Shown: positions 27,491-42,099, counted from the stretch's first letter. The stretch: DNA of 64,000 nucleotides from Eledone cirrhosa (GCA_964016885.1 OZ024742.1:185876001-185940000), one strand, 5' to 3'. Translations and numbers: made by a program. The notes: generated from the sequence alone by a model not told the origin.

Positions 27491-28849
27491 GTTCCTGTTG
27501 TTATTGTTGATGTTGCTGTTGTTATTTTTGATGGTGCTGTTGTTGTTGTTGCTGTTGTTGCTGTTGTTATTGCTGATGTTGCTGTTGTTATTGTTGATGT
27601 TGCTGTTGTTATTGTTGTTATTGCTGTTGTTATTGTTGCTGTTGTTATTGTTGATGTTGATGTTGTTATTGTTGATGTTGCTGTTGTTATTGTTGATGTT
27701 GCTGTTGTTATTGTTGATGTTGCTGTTGTTATTGTTGATGTTGCTGTTGTTATTGCTGATGTTACTGTTGTCATTGTTGATGTTGCTGTTGTTGCTGTTG
27801 TCGCTGTTGTTATCGTTGTTGTGGCTGTTGTTATTGTTGATGTTGCTGTTGTTGCTGTTGTTATCGTTGTTACAGTCGTTATTTTTGATGTTGGTGATGT
27901 TATTGTTGTTGCTGTTGTTATTGTTGATGTTGCTGAAGTTATTGTTGTTGCTGTTGTTATTGTTGATGTTGCTGTTGTTATTGTTGATGTTGCTGTTCTT
28001 ATTGTTGATGTTGTTGTTGTTATTGTTGTTGATGTTGTTATTGTTGATGTTGCTGATGTTATTGTTGTTGCTGTTGTTATTCTTGATGTTGCTGTTGTTA
28101 TTGTTGATGTTTCTGTTGTTATTGTTGTTGTTGCGGTTGATATTGTTGTTGTTGCTGCTGTTATTGTTGATGTTGCTGTTGTTATTGTTGAGGTTGCTGT
28201 TGTTATTGTTGTTGTTGTTGTTATTGTTGTTGTTGCTGTTGTTATTGCTGTTGTTGCTGTTGTTATTGTAGATGTTGCTGTTGTTATTGTTGATGTTGCT
28301 GTTGTTATTGTTGATGTTGCTGTTGTTATTGTTGTTATTGCTGTTGTTATTGTTGTTGTTGCCGTTGTTATTGCTGATGTGATGTGTGCCGTTGTTATTG
28401 TTGATGTTGCTGTTGTTATTGTTGTTATTGCTGTTGTTATTGTTGATGTTGCTGTTGTTATTGTTAATGTTGCTGTTGTTATTGTTGTTCTTGCTGTTGT
28501 TATTGTTGTTGTTGCCGTTGTTATTGCTGATTTTGCAGTTGTTTTTGTTGTTGTTGCTGTTGTTATTGTTGTTATTGCTGTTGTTATTGTTGATGTTGCT
28601 GTTGTTATTGTTGATGTTGCTGTTGTTATTGTTGTTATTGCTGTTGTTGTTGCTGTTGTTGCCGTTGTTATTGCTGATATTGCTGGTGTTATTGTTGTTG
28701 TTGCTGTTGTTATTGTTGATGTTGCTGATGTTATTGTTGTTGCTGTTGTTATTCTTGATGTTGCTGTTGTTATTGTTGATGTTGCTGTTGTTATTGTTGT
28801 TGTTGCTGTTGATATTGTTGTTGTTGCTGCTGTTATTGTTGATGTTGCT

Positions 28850-31800
28850 GTTGTTATTGTTGATGTTGCTGTTGTTATTGTTGTTGCTGTTGTTATTGTT
28901 GTTGTTGCTGTTGTTATTGCTGTTGTTTCTGTTGTTATTTTTTATGTTGCTGTTGTTATTGTTTATGTTGCTGTTGTTATTGTTGTTATTGCTGTTGTTA
29001 TTGTTGTTGTTGCCGTTGTTATTGCTGATGGTGCTGTTGTTATTGTTGTTGTTGCTGTTGTTATTGTTGATGTTGCTGTTGTTATTGTTGTTATTGCTGT
29101 TGTTGTTGTTGATGTTGCTATTGTTATTGTTGATGTTGCTGTTGTTATTGTTGTTATTGCTGTTGTTATTGTTGTTGTTGCCGTTGTTATTGCTGATGTT
29201 GCTGTTGTTTTTGTTGTTGTTGCTGTTGTTATTGTTGTTATTGCTGTTGTTATTGTTGATGTTGCTGTTGTTATTGTTGATGTTGCTGTTGTTATTGTTG
29301 TTATTGCTGTTGTTATTGTTGTTGTTGCTGTTGTTATTGTTGATGTTGCTGTTGTTATTGTTGATGTTGTTATTGTTCATGTTGTTGTTGCTGTTGTTAT
29401 TGTTGATGTTGTTGTTGCTGTTGTTATTGTTGATGTTGTTGCTGTTATTGTTGTTATTGCCGTTGTTATTGTTGATGTTACTGTTGTTATTGGTGATGTT
29501 GCTGTTGTTATTGTTGATGTTGCTATTGTTATTGTTGTTATTGCTGTTGTTATTGTTGGTATTGCTGTTGATATTGTTGTTGTTGCTGCTGTTATTGTTG
29601 ATGTTGCTGTTGTTATTGTTGATGTTGCTGTAGTTATTGTTGTTGTTGCTGTTGTTATTGTTGTTATTGCTGTTGTTATTGTTGATGTTGCTGTTGTTAT
29701 TGTTGATGTTGCTGTTGTTATTGTTGATGTTGCTGTTGTTATTGTTGATGTTGCTGTTGTTATTGTTGTTATTGCTGTTGTTATTGTTGATATTGCTGTT
29801 GTTATTGCTGATGTTGTTATTGTTCATGTTGTTATTGCTGTTGTTATTGTTGATGTTGCTGTTGTTATTGTTGATGTTGCTGTTGTTATTGTTGTTATTG
29901 CTGTTGTTATTGTTGATGTTGCTGTTGTTATTGTTGATGTTGCTGTTGTTGTTGTTGATGTTGCTGTTGTTATTGTTGTTATTGCTGTCGTTATTGTTGA
30001 TATAGCTGTTGTTATTGTTGATGTTGCTGTTGTTGTCGTTGATGTTATTGTTGTTATTGCTGTCGTTATTGTTGACGTTGCTGTTGTTATTGTTGATGTT
30101 GCTGTTGTTATTGTTGTTGTTGCTGTTGTTAATGCTGTTGTTATTGTTGATGTCGTTGTTGTTACTATTGCTGTTGTTATTGTTGATGTTGCTGTTGTTA
30201 TTGTTGATGTAGCTGTTGTTATTGTTGATGTTGCTGTTGTTATTGTTGCTGTTGTTATTGTTGATGTAGCTGTTGTTATTGTTGATGTTGCTGTTGTCAT
30301 TGTTGATGTGGCTGTTGTTATTGTTGATATTGCTGTTGTTATTGTTGATGTTGCTGTTATTATTGTTAATGTTGTTATTGTTGATGTTGCTGTTGTATTG
30401 TTGTTGCTGTTGTTATTGTTGTTGCTGTTGTTATTTTTGATGTTGGTGTTGTTATTGTTGTTATTGTGGATATTGCATTTGTTATTGTTGATGTTGCTGT
30501 TATTATTGTTGATGTTGATGTTATTATTGTTGATGTTGCTGTTGTTATTGTTGATGTTGCTGTTGTTATTGTTGATATTGCTGTTGTTATTGTTGATGTT
30601 GCTGTTATTATTATTAATGTTGTTATTGTTGATGCTGCTGTTGTTATTGTTGTTGCTGTTGTTATCGTTGTTACTGTCGTTATTTTTGATGTTGGTGATG
30701 TTATTGTTGTTGCTGTTGTTATTGTTGATGTTGCTGAAGTTATTGTTGTTGCTGTTGTTATTGTTGATGTTGCTGTTCTTATTGTTGATGTTGTTGTTGT
30801 TATTGTTGTTGATGTTGTTATTGTTGATGTTGCTGATGTTATTGTTGTTGCTGTTGTTATTCTTGATGTTGCTGTTGTTATTGTTGATGTTTCTGTTGTT
30901 ATTGTTGTTGTTGCTGTTGATATTGTTGTTGTTGCTGCTGTTATTGTTGATGTTGCTGTTGTTATTGTTGAGGTTGCTGTTGTTATTGTTGTTGCTGTTG
31001 TTATTGTTGTTGTTGCTGTTGTTATTGCTGTTGTTGCTGTTGTTATTGTAGATGTTGCTGTTGTTATTGTTGATGTTGCTGTTGTTATTGTTGATGTTGC
31101 TGTTGTTATTGTTGTTATTGCTGTTGTTATTGTTGTTGTTGCCGTTGTTATTGCTGATGTGATGTGTGCCGTTGTTATTGTTGTTGTTGCTGTTGTTATT
31201 GTTGATGTTGCTGTTGTTATTGTTGTTATTGCTGTTGTTATTGTTGATGTTGCTGTTGTTATTGTTAATGTTGCTGTTGTTATTGTTGTTCTGGCTGTTG
31301 TTATTGTTGTTGTTGCCGTTGTTATTGCTGATTTTGCAGTTGTTTTTGTTGTTGTTGCTGTTGTTATTGTTGTTATTGCTGTTGTTATTGTTGATGTTGC
31401 TGTTGTTATTGTGGATGTTGCTGTTGTTATTGTTGTTATTGCTGTTGTTGTTGTTGTTGTTGCCGTTGTTATTGCTGATATTGCTGGTGTTATTGTTGTT
31501 GTTGCTGTTGTTATTGTTGAATGTTGCTGTTGTTATTGTTGTTATTGCTGTTATTATTGTTGATGTTGCTGTTGTTATTGTTGTTGCTGTTTTTATTGTT
31601 GATGTTGCTGTTGTTATTGTTGTTGTTGCTGTTGTTGATGTTGCTGTTGTTATTGTTGTTGCTGCTGTTGTTATTGTTGATGTTGCTGTTGTTATTGTTG
31701 ATATTGCTGTTGTTATTGTTGTTATTGCTCTTGTTATTGGTGATGTTGCTGTTGTTATTGCTGATGTTGCTGTTGTTATTGTTGTTGTTGCTGTTGTTAT

Positions 31801-34800
31801 GGTTGTTGTTGCTGTTGTTATTGTTGATGTCGCTGTTGTTATTGTTGTTATTGCTGTTGTTATTGTTGTTGTTGCCGTTGTTATTGTTGTTGCTGTTGTT
31901 ATTGTTGATGTTGCTGTTGTTATTGTTGATGTTGCTGTTGTTATTGCTGTTGCTGTTGTTATTGTTGATGTTGCTGTTGTTATTGCTGATGTTTCTGTTG
32001 GTATTGTTGATGTTGCTGTTGTTATTGTTGATGTTGCTGTTGTTATTGTTGATGTTGCTGTTGTTATTGCTGTTGTTATTGTTGATGTTGTTGTTATTGT
32101 TGCTGTTGTTGTTGTTGATGTTGTTGTTGTTATTGTTGTTGTTGTTGTTGATATTGTTGATGTTGATGTTCTTATTGTTGTTGTTGCTGTTCTAATTGTT
32201 GTTGTTGCTGTTCTTATTGTTGATGTTGATGTTGTTATTGCTGATGTTGCTGTTGTTATTGTTGAAGTTACTGTTGTTATTTTTAAGTTGCTGTTGTCGC
32301 TGTTGTTATTGTTGTTGTTGCTGTTGTTATTGTTGATGTTGCTGTTGTTGTTGCTGTTGTTATTGTTGATGTTGCTGTTGTTATTGTTGATGTTGCTGTT
32401 GTTATTGTTGTTGTTGCTGTTGTTATTGTTGTTGTTGCTGTTGTTATTGTTGTTGCTGTTGTTATTGTTGATGTTGCAGTTTTTGCTGTTGTTGCTGTTG
32501 TTATTGTTGATGTTGCTGTTGTTATTGCTGCTGTTGTTATTGTTGAAGTTGGTGTTGTTATTGTTGATGTTGCTGTTGTTATTGTTGATGTTGCTGTTGT
32601 TATTGTTGCTGTTGTTTTTGTTGAAGTTGGTGTTGTTATTGTTGATGTTGTTAATGTTGATGTTGCTGTTGTTATTGTTGATGTTGCTGTTGTTATTGCT
32701 GATGTTGCTGTTGTTATTGTTGATTTTGCTGTTGTTATTGTTGATGTTGTTATTGTTGATGTTGTTGTTGTTATTGTATATGTTGCTGTTGTTATTGTTG
32801 ATGTTGCTGTTGTTATTTTTGTAGTTGCTGTTGTTATTGTTGTTGTTGCTATTGTTGCTGTTGTTGATGTTGCTGTTGTTATTGTCGATGTTGTTGCTGT
32901 TGTTATTGTTGATCTTGCTGTTATTACTGTTGATGTTGATGTTATTATCGTTGTTGTTGCTATTGTTATTGTTGTTATTGCTGTTTTTATTGTTATTATT
33001 GCTGTTGTGGTTGTTGTTTTTGCTGTTGTTATTGTTGTTATTGCTGTTGTTATTGTTGATGTTGCTGTTGTTATTTTTGATGTTGCTGTTGTTGTTGCTG
33101 TTGTTCTTTGTTGTTATTGTTGATGTTGCTGTTGTTATTGTTGATGTTGCTGTTGTTATATTTGATGTTGCTGTTGTTGTTGTTGTTGCTGTTGTTGCTG
33201 TTGTTATTGCTGATGTTGCTGTTGTTATTGTTGATGTTGCTGTTGTTATTGTTGTTATTGCTGTTGTTATTGTTGCTGTTGTTATTGTTGATGTTGATGT
33301 TGTTATTGTTGATGTTGCTGTTGTTATTGTTGATGTTGCTGTTGTTATTGTTGATGTTGCTGTTGTTATTGTTGATGTTGCTGTTGTTATTGCTGATGTT
33401 GCTGTTGTCATTGTTGGTGTTGCTGTTGTTGCTGTTGTCGCTGTTGTTATCGTTGTTGTGGCTGTTGTTATTGTTGATGTTGCTGTTGTTGCTGTTGTTA
33501 TCGTTGTTACAGTCATTATTTTTGATGTTGGTGATGTTATTGTTGTTGCTGTTGTTATTGTTGATGTTGCTGAAGTTATTGTTGTTGCTGTTGTTATTGT
33601 TGATGTTGCTGTCCTTATTGTTGATGTTGTTGTTGTTATTGTTGTTGATGTTGTTATTGTTGATGTTGCTGTTGTTATTGTTGTTGCTGTTGTTATTCTT
33701 GATGTTGCTGTTGTTATTGTTGATGTTGCTGTTGTTATTGTTGTTGCTGTTGTCATTGTTGTTGTTGCTGTTGTTATTGCTGTTGTTTCTGTTGTTATTT
33801 TTTATGTTGCTGTTGTTATTGTTGTTATTGCTGTTGTTATTGTTGTTGTTGCCGTTGTTATTGCTGATGGTGCTGTTGTTATTGTTGTTGTTGCTGTTGT
33901 TATTGTTGATGTTGCTGTTGTTATTGTTGTTATTGCTGTTGTTGTTGTTGATGTTGCTATTGTTATTGTTGATGTTGCTGTTGTTATTGTTGTTATTGCT
34001 GTTGTTATTGTTGTTGTTGCCGTTGTTATTGCTGATGTTGCTGTTGTTTTTGTTGTTGTTGCTGTTGTTATTGTTGTTATTGCTGTTGTTATTGTTGATG
34101 TTGCTGTTGTTATTGTTGATGTTGCTGTTGTTATTGTTGTTATTGCTGTTGTTATTGTTGTTGATATTGTTGTTGTTGCTGTTGTTATTGTTGATGTTGC
34201 TGTTGTTATTGTTGTTGTTGCTGTTGTTATTGTTGATGTTGCTGTTGTTATTGTTGATGTTGTTATTGTTCATGTTGTTGTTGCTGTTGTTATTGTTGAT
34301 GTTGTTGTTGCTGTTGTTATTGTTGATGTTGTTGCTGTTATTGTTGTTATTGCCGTTGTTATTGTTGATGTTACTGTTGTTATTGGTGATGTTGCTGTTG
34401 TTATTGTTGATGTTGCTATTGTTATTGTTGTTATTGCTGTTGTTATTGTTGGTATTGCTGTTGATATTGTTGTTGTTGCTGCTGTTATTGTTGATGTTGC
34501 TGTTGTTATTGTTGATGTTGCTGTAGTTATTGTTGTTGTTGCTGTTGTTATTGTTGTTATTGCTGTTGTTATTGTTGATGTTGCTGTTGTTATTGTTGAT
34601 GTTGCTGTTGTTATTGTTGATGTTGCTGTTGTTATTGTTGATGTTGCTGTTGTTATTGTTGTTATTGCTGTTGTTATTGTTGATATTGCTGTTGTTATTG
34701 CTGATGTTGTTATTGTTCATGTTGTTATTGCTGTTGTTATTGTTGATGTTGCTGTTGTTATTGTTGATGTTGCTGTTGTTATTGTTGTTATTGCTGTTGT

Positions 34801-37800
34801 TATTGTTGATGTTGCTGTTGTTATTGTTGATGTTGCTGTTGTTGTTGTTGATGTTGCTGTTGTTATTGTTGTTATTGCTGTCGTTATTGTTGATATAGCT
34901 GTTGTTATTGTTGATGTTGCTGTTGTTGTCGTTGATGTTATTGTTGTTATTGCTGTCGTTATTGTTGACGTTGCTGTTGTTATTGTTGATGTTGCTGTTG
35001 TTATTGTTGTTGTTGCTGTTGTTAATGCTGTTGTTATTGTTGATGTCGTTGTTGTTATTATTGCTGTTGTTATTGTTGATGTTGCTGTTGTTATTGTTGA
35101 TGTAGCTGTTGTTATTGTTGATGTTGCTGTTGTTATTGTTGCTGTTGTTATTGTTGATGTAGCTGTTGTTATTGTTGATGTTGCTGTTGTCATTGTTGAT
35201 GTGGCTGTTGTTATTGTTGATATTGCTGTTGTTATTGTTGATGTTGCTGTTATTATTGTTAATGTTGTTATTGTTGATGTTGCTGTTGTATTGTTGTTGC
35301 TGTTGTTATTGTTGTTGCTGTTGTTATTTTTGATGTTGGTGTTGTTATTGTTGTTATTGTGGATATTGCATTTGTTATTGTTGATGTTGCTGTTATTATT
35401 GTTGATGTTGATGTTATTATTGTTGATGTTGCTGTTGTTATTGTTGATGTTGCTGTTGTTATTGTTGATATTGCTGTTGTTATTGTTGATGTTGCTGTTA
35501 TTATTATTAATGTTGTTATTGTTGATGCTGCTGTTGTTATTGTTGTTGCTGTTGTTATCGTTGTTACTGTCGTTATTTTTGATGTTGGTGATGTTATTGT
35601 TGTTGCTGTTGTTATTGTTGATGTTGCTGAAGTTATTGTTGTTGCTGTTGTTATTGTTGATGTTGCTGTTCTTATTGTTGATGTTGTTGTTGTTATTGTT
35701 GTTGATGTTGTTATTGTTGATGTTGCTGATGTTATTGTTGTTGCTGTTGTTATTCTTGATGTTGCTGTTGTTATTGTTGATGTTTCTGTTGTTATTGTTG
35801 TTGTTGCTGTTGATATTGTTGTTGTTGCTGCTGTTATTGTTGATGTTGCTGTTGTTATTGTTGAGGTTGCTGTTGTTATTGTTGTTGCTGTTGTTATTGT
35901 TGTTGTTGCTGTTGTTATTGCTGTTGTTGCTGTTGTTATTGTAGATGTTGCTGTTGTTATTGTTGATGTTGCTGTTGTTATTGTTGATGTTGCTGTTGTT
36001 ATTGTTGTTATTGCTGTTGTTATTGTTGTTGTTGCCGTTGTTATTGCTGATGTGATGTGTGCCGTTGTTATTGTTGTTGTTGCTGTTGTTATTGTTGATG
36101 TTGCTGTTGTTATTGTTGTTATTGCTGTTGTTATTGTTGATGTTGCTGTTGTTATTGTTAATGTTGCTGTTGTTATTGTTGTTCTGGCTGTTGTTATTGT
36201 TGTTGTTGCCGTTGTTATTGCTGATTTTGCAGTTGTTTTTGTTGTTGTTGCTGTTGTTATTGTTGTTATTGCTGTTGTTATTGTTGATGTTGCTGTTGTT
36301 ATTGTGGATGTTGCTGTTGTTATTGTTGTTATTGCTGTTGTTGTTGTTGTTGTTGCCGTTGTTATTGCTGATATTGCTGGTGTTATTGTTGTTGTTGCTG
36401 TTGTTATTGTTGAATGTTGCTGTTGTTATTGTTGTTATTGCTGTTATTATTGTTGATGTTGCTGTTGTTATTGTTGTTGCTGTTTTTATTGTTGATGTTG
36501 CTGTTGTTATTGTTGTTGTTGCTGTTGTTGATGTTGCTGTTGTTATTGTTGTTGCTGCTGTTGTTATTGTTGATGTTGCTGTTGTTATTGTTGATATTGC
36601 TGTTGTTATTGTTGTTATTGCTCTTGTTATTGGTGATGTTGCTGTTGTTATTGCTGATGTTGCTGTTGTTATTGTTGTTGTTGCTGTTGTTATGGTTGTT
36701 GTTGCTGTTGTTATTGTTGATGTCGCTGTTGTTATTGTTGTTATTGCTGTTGTTATTGTTGTTGTTGCCGTTGTTATTGTTGTTGCTGTTGTTATTGTTG
36801 ATGTTGCTGTTGTTATTGTTGATGTTGCTGTTGTTATTGCTGTTGCTGTTGTTATTGTTGATGTTGCTGTTGTTATTGCTGATGTTTCTGTTGGTATTGT
36901 TGATGTTGCTGTTGTTATTGTTGATGTTGCTGTTGTTATTGTTGATGTTGCTGTTGTTATTGCTGTTGTTATTGTTGATGTTGTTGTTATTGTTGCTGTT
37001 GTTGTTGTTGATGTTGTTGTTGTTATTGTTGTTGTTGTTGTTGTTGATATTGTTGATGTTGATGTTCTTATTGTTGTTGTTGCTGTTCTAATTGTTGTTG
37101 TTGCTGTTCTTATTGTTGATGTTGATGTTGTTATTGCTGATGTTGCTGTTGTTATTGTTGAAGTTACTGTTGTTATTTTTAAGTTGCTGTTGTCGCTGTT
37201 GTTATTGTTGTTGTTGCTGTTGTTATTGTTGATGTTGCTGTTGTTGTTGCTGTTGTTATTGTTGATGTTGCTGTTGTTATTGTTGATGTTGCTGTTGTTA
37301 TTGTTGTTGTTGCTGTTGTTATTGTTGTTGTTGCTGTTGTTATTGTTGTTGCTGTTGTTATTGTTGATGTTGCAGTTTTTGCTGTTGTTGCTGTTGTTAT
37401 TGTTGATGTTGCTGTTGTTATTGCTGCTGTTGTTATTGTTGAAGTTGGTGTTGTTATTGTTGATGTTGCTGTTGTTATTGTTGATGTTGCTGTTGTTATT
37501 GTTGCTGTTGTTTTTGTTGAAGTTGGTGTTGTTATTGTTGATGTTGTTAATGTTGATGTTGCTGTTGTTATTGTTGATGTTGCTGTTGTTATTGCTGATG
37601 TTGCTGTTGTTATTGTTGATTTTGCTGTTGTTATTGTTGATGTTGTTATTGTTGATGTTGTTGTTGTTATTGTATATGTTGCTGTTGTTATTGTTGATGT
37701 TGCTGTTGTTATTTTTGTAGTTGCTGTTGTTATTGTTGTTGTTGCTATTGTTGCTGTTGTTGATGTTGCTGTTGTTATTGTCGATGTTGTTGCTGTTGTT

Positions 37801-38620
37801 ATTGTTGATCTTGCTGTTATTACTGTTGATGTTGATGTTATTATCGTTGTTGTTGCTATTGTTATTGTTGTTATTGCTGTTTTTATTGTTATTATTGCTG
37901 TTGTGGTTGTTGTTTTTGCTGTTGTTATTGTTGTTATTGCTGTTGTTATTGTTGATGTTGCTGTTGTTATTTTTGATGTTGCTGTTGTTGTTGCTGTTGT
38001 TCTTTGTTGTTATTGTTGATGTTGCTGTTGTTATTGTTGATGTTGCTGTTGTTATATTTGATGTTGCTGTTGTTGTTGTTGTTGCTGTTGTTGCTGTTGT
38101 TATTGCTGATGTTGCTGTTGTTATTGTTGATGTTGCTGTTGTTATTGTTGTTATTGCTGTTGTTATTGTTGCTGTTGTTATTGTTGATGTTGATGTTGTT
38201 ATTGTTGATGTTGCTGTTGTTATTGTTGATGTTGCTGTTGTTATTGTTGATGTTGCTGTTGTTATTGTTGATGTTGCTGTTGTTATTGCTGATGTTGCTG
38301 TTGTCATTGTTGGTGTTGCTGTTGTTGCTGTTGTCGCTGTTGTTATCGTTGTTGTGGCTGTTGTTATTGTTGATGTTGCTGTTGTTGCTGTTGTTATCGT
38401 TGTTACAGTCATTATTTTTGATGTTGGTGATGTTATTGTTGTTGCTGTTGTTATTGTTGATGTTGCTGAAGTTATTGTTGTTGCTGTTGTTATTGTTGAT
38501 GTTGCTGTCCTTATTGTTGATGTTGTTGTTGTTATTGTTGTTGATGTTGTTATTGTTGATGTTGCTGTTGTTATTGTTGTTGCTGTTGTTATTCTTGATG
38601 TTGCTGTTGTTATTGTTGAT
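28850..38620. repeat. Two-copy tandem higher-order repeat, period 4893-4896 bp
   Basis: ORF starts 29637/34530, 30009/34902, 30466/35359, 31166/36059 and 31521/36414 differ by 4893. Starts 32825/37721 and 33108/38004 differ by 4896, after one extra GTT near 37040. Confidence 0.93.
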
Positions 38621-41600
38621 GTTTCTGTTGTTATTGTTGTTGTTGCTGTTGATATTGTTGTTGTTGCTGCTGTTATTGTTGATGTTGCTGTTGTTATTGT
38701 TGAGGTTGCTGTTGTTATTATTGTTGCTGTTGTTATTGTTGTTGTTGCTGTTGTTATTGCTGTTGTTGCTGTTGTTATTGTAGATGTTGCTGTTGTTATT
38801 GTTGATGTTGCTGTTGTTATTGTTGATGTTGCTGTTGTTATTGTTGTTATTGCTGTTGTTATTGTTGTTGTTGCCGTTGTTATTGCTGATGTGATGTGTG
38901 CCGTTGTTATTGTTGATGTTGCTGTTGTTATTGTTGTTATTGCTGTTGTTATTGTTGATGTTGCTGTTGTTATTGTTAATGTTGCTGTTGTTATTGTTGT
39001 TCTTGCTGTTGTTATTGTTGTTGTTGCCGTTGTTATTGCTGATTTTGCAGTTGTTTTTGTTGTTGTTGCTGTTGTTATTGTTGTTATTGCTGTTGTTATT
39101 GTTGATGTTGCTGTTGTTATTGTTGATGTTGCTGTTGTTATTGTTGTTATTGCTGTTGTTGTTGTTGTTGTTGCCGTTGTTATTGCTGATATTGCTGGTG
39201 TTATTGTTGTTGTTGCTGTTGTTATTGTTGAATGTTGCTGTTGTTATTGTTGTTATTGCTGTTATTATTGTTGATGTTGCTGTTGTTATTGTTGTTGTTG
39301 CCGTTGTTATTGTTGTTGCTGTTGTTATTGTTGTTGTTGCTGTTGTTGATGTTGCTGTTGTTATTGTTGTTGCTGCTGCTGTTGTTATTGTTGATGTTGC
39401 TGTTGTTATTGTTGATATTGCTGTTGTTATTGTTGTTATTGCTCTTGTTATTGGTGATGTTGCTGTTGTTATTGCTGATGTTGCTGTTGTTATTGTTGTT
39501 GTTGCTGTTGTTATTGTTGATGTCGCTGTTGTTATTGCTGATGTTGCTGTTGTTATTGTAGATGTTGCTCTTGTTATTGTTGAATTTGCTGTTGTTATTG
39601 TTGTTAATGCTGTTGTTATTGTTGTTGTTGCCGTTGTTATTGTTGTTGCTGTTGTTATTGTTGATGTTGCTGTTGTTATTGTTGATGTTGCTTTTGTTAT
39701 TGTTGTTGCTGTTGTTATTGTTGATGTTGCTGTTGTTATTGTTGATGTTGCTGTTGTTATTGCTGATGTTGCTGTTGTTATTGCTGATGTTTCTGTTGGT
39801 ATTGTTGATGTTGCTCTTGTTATTGTTGATGTTGCTGTTGTTATTGCTGTTGTTATTGTTGATGTTGTTGTTATTGTTGCTGTTGTTATTGTTGATGTTG
39901 TTGTTGTTGTTGTTATTGTTGTTGTTGCTGTTGTTATTGTTGATGTTGATGTTGTTATTGTTGTTGTTGCTGTTGTTCTTGTTGTTGCTGTTGTTATTGT
40001 TAATGTTGTTGTTGTTATTGCTGATGTTGCTGTTGTTATTGTTGTTGTTGCTGTTGTTATTGTTGATGTTGCTGTTGTTATTGCTGATGTTGCTGTTGTT
40101 ATTGTTGTTGTTGTTATTGTTGATGTGGCTGTTTGTATTGTTGATGTTGCTGTTGTTATTGTTCATGTTGCTGTTGTTATTGTTGATGTTGCTGTTGTTA
40201 TTGCTGTTGTTATTGTTGATGTTGTTGTTATTGTTGCTGTTGTTATTGTTGATGTTGTTGTTGTTGTTATTGTTGTTGTTGCTGTTGTTATTGTTGATGT
40301 TGATGTTGTTATTGTTGTTGTTGCTGTTGTTCTTGTTGTTGTCGCTGTTGTTATTGTTGTTGTTGCTGTTGTTATTGTTGATGTTGCTGTTGTTGTTGCT
40401 GTTGTCGCTGTTGTTATTGTTGATGTTGCTGTTGTTAATGTTGATGTTGCTGTTGTTATTGTTGTTGTTGCTGTTGTTATTGTTGTTGTTGCTGTTGTTA
40501 TTGTTGTTGCTGTTGTTATTGTTGATGTTGCAGTTTTTGTTGTTGTTGCTGTTGTTATAGTTTATGTTGCTATTGTTATTATTGTTGTTGCTGTTGTTAT
40601 TTTTGATGTCGCTGTTGTTATTGTTGATGTTGCTGTTGTTATTGCTGCTGTTGTTATTGTTGAAGTTGGTGTTGTTATTGTTGATGTTGTTGTTGTTATT
40701 GTTGATGTTGCTGTTGTTATTGTTGCTGTTGTTTTTGTTGAAGTTGGTGTTGTTATTGTTGATGTTGCTGTTGTTATTGCTGATGTTGCTGTTGTTATTG
40801 TTGATGTTGTTATTGTTGATGTTGTTGTTGTTATTGTATATGTTGCTGTTGTTATTGTTGATGTTGCTGTTTTTATTGTTGTAGTTGCTGTTGTTATTGT
40901 TGTTGTTGCTGTTGTTGCTGTTGTTGATGTTGTTATTGTTGATCTTGCTGTTATTATTGTTGATGTTGATGTTATTATCGTTGTTGTTGCTATTGTTATT
41001 GTTGTTATTGCTGTTTTTATTGTTATTATTGCTGTTGTGGTTGTTGTTTTTGCTGTTGTTATTGTTGTTATTGCTGTTGTTATTGTTGATGTTGCTGTTG
41101 TTATTTTTGATGTTGCTGTTGTTGTTGCTGTTGTTCTTTGTTGTTATTGTTGATGTTGCTGTTGTTATTGTTGATGTTGCTGTTGTTATTTTTGATGTTG
41201 CTGTTGTTGTTGTTGTTGCTGTTGTTGCTGTTGTTATTGCTGATGTTGCTGTTGTTATTGACGATGTTGCTGTCGTTATTGTTGTTATTGCTGTTGTTAT
41301 TGTTGCTGTTGTTATTGTTGATGTTGATGTTGTTATTGTTGATGTTGCTGTTGTTATTGTTGATGTTGCTGTTGTTATTGTTGATGTTGCTGTTGTTATT
41401 GTTGATGTTGCAGTTGTTATTGCTGATGTTGCTGTTGTCATTGTTGATGTTGCTGTTGTTGCTGTTGTCGCTGTTGTTATTGTTGTTGTGGCTGTTGTTA
41501 TTGTTGATGTTGCTGTTGTTGCTGTTGTTGCTGTTGTTATTGTTGTTATTGCTGTTGTTATTGCTGTTGCTGTTGTTATTGTTGATGTTGTTGTTGTTAT

Positions 41601-42099
41601 TGTTGATGTTGCTATTGTTATTGTTGTTGTTGCTGTTGTTATTGTTGTTGTCGCTGTTGTTCTTGTTGATGTTGCTGTTGATATTGTTGATGTTGCTGTT
41701 GTTATTGTTGTTGTTGCTGTTGTTCTTGTTGATGTTGCTGTTGTTATTGTTGATGTTGCTGTTGTTATTGTTGATGTTGCTGTTGTTATTGTTGTTGTCG
41801 CTATTGTTCTTATTGATGTTGCTGTTGATATTGTTGATGTTGCTGTTGTTATTGTTGTTGTTGCTGTTGTTAATGCTGTTGTTATTGTTGATGTCGTTGT
41901 TGTTATTGTTGCTGTTTTTATTGTTGATGTTGCTGTTGTTATTGCTGTTGTTATTGTTGATGTTGCTATTGTTATTGCTGTTGTTGCTGTTGTTATTGTT
42001 GCTGTTGCTGTTGTTATTGTTGATGTTGCTGTTGTTATTGTTGTTATTGCTGTTGTTATTGTTGATGTTGCTGTTGTTATTGTTGATGTTGCTGTTGTT

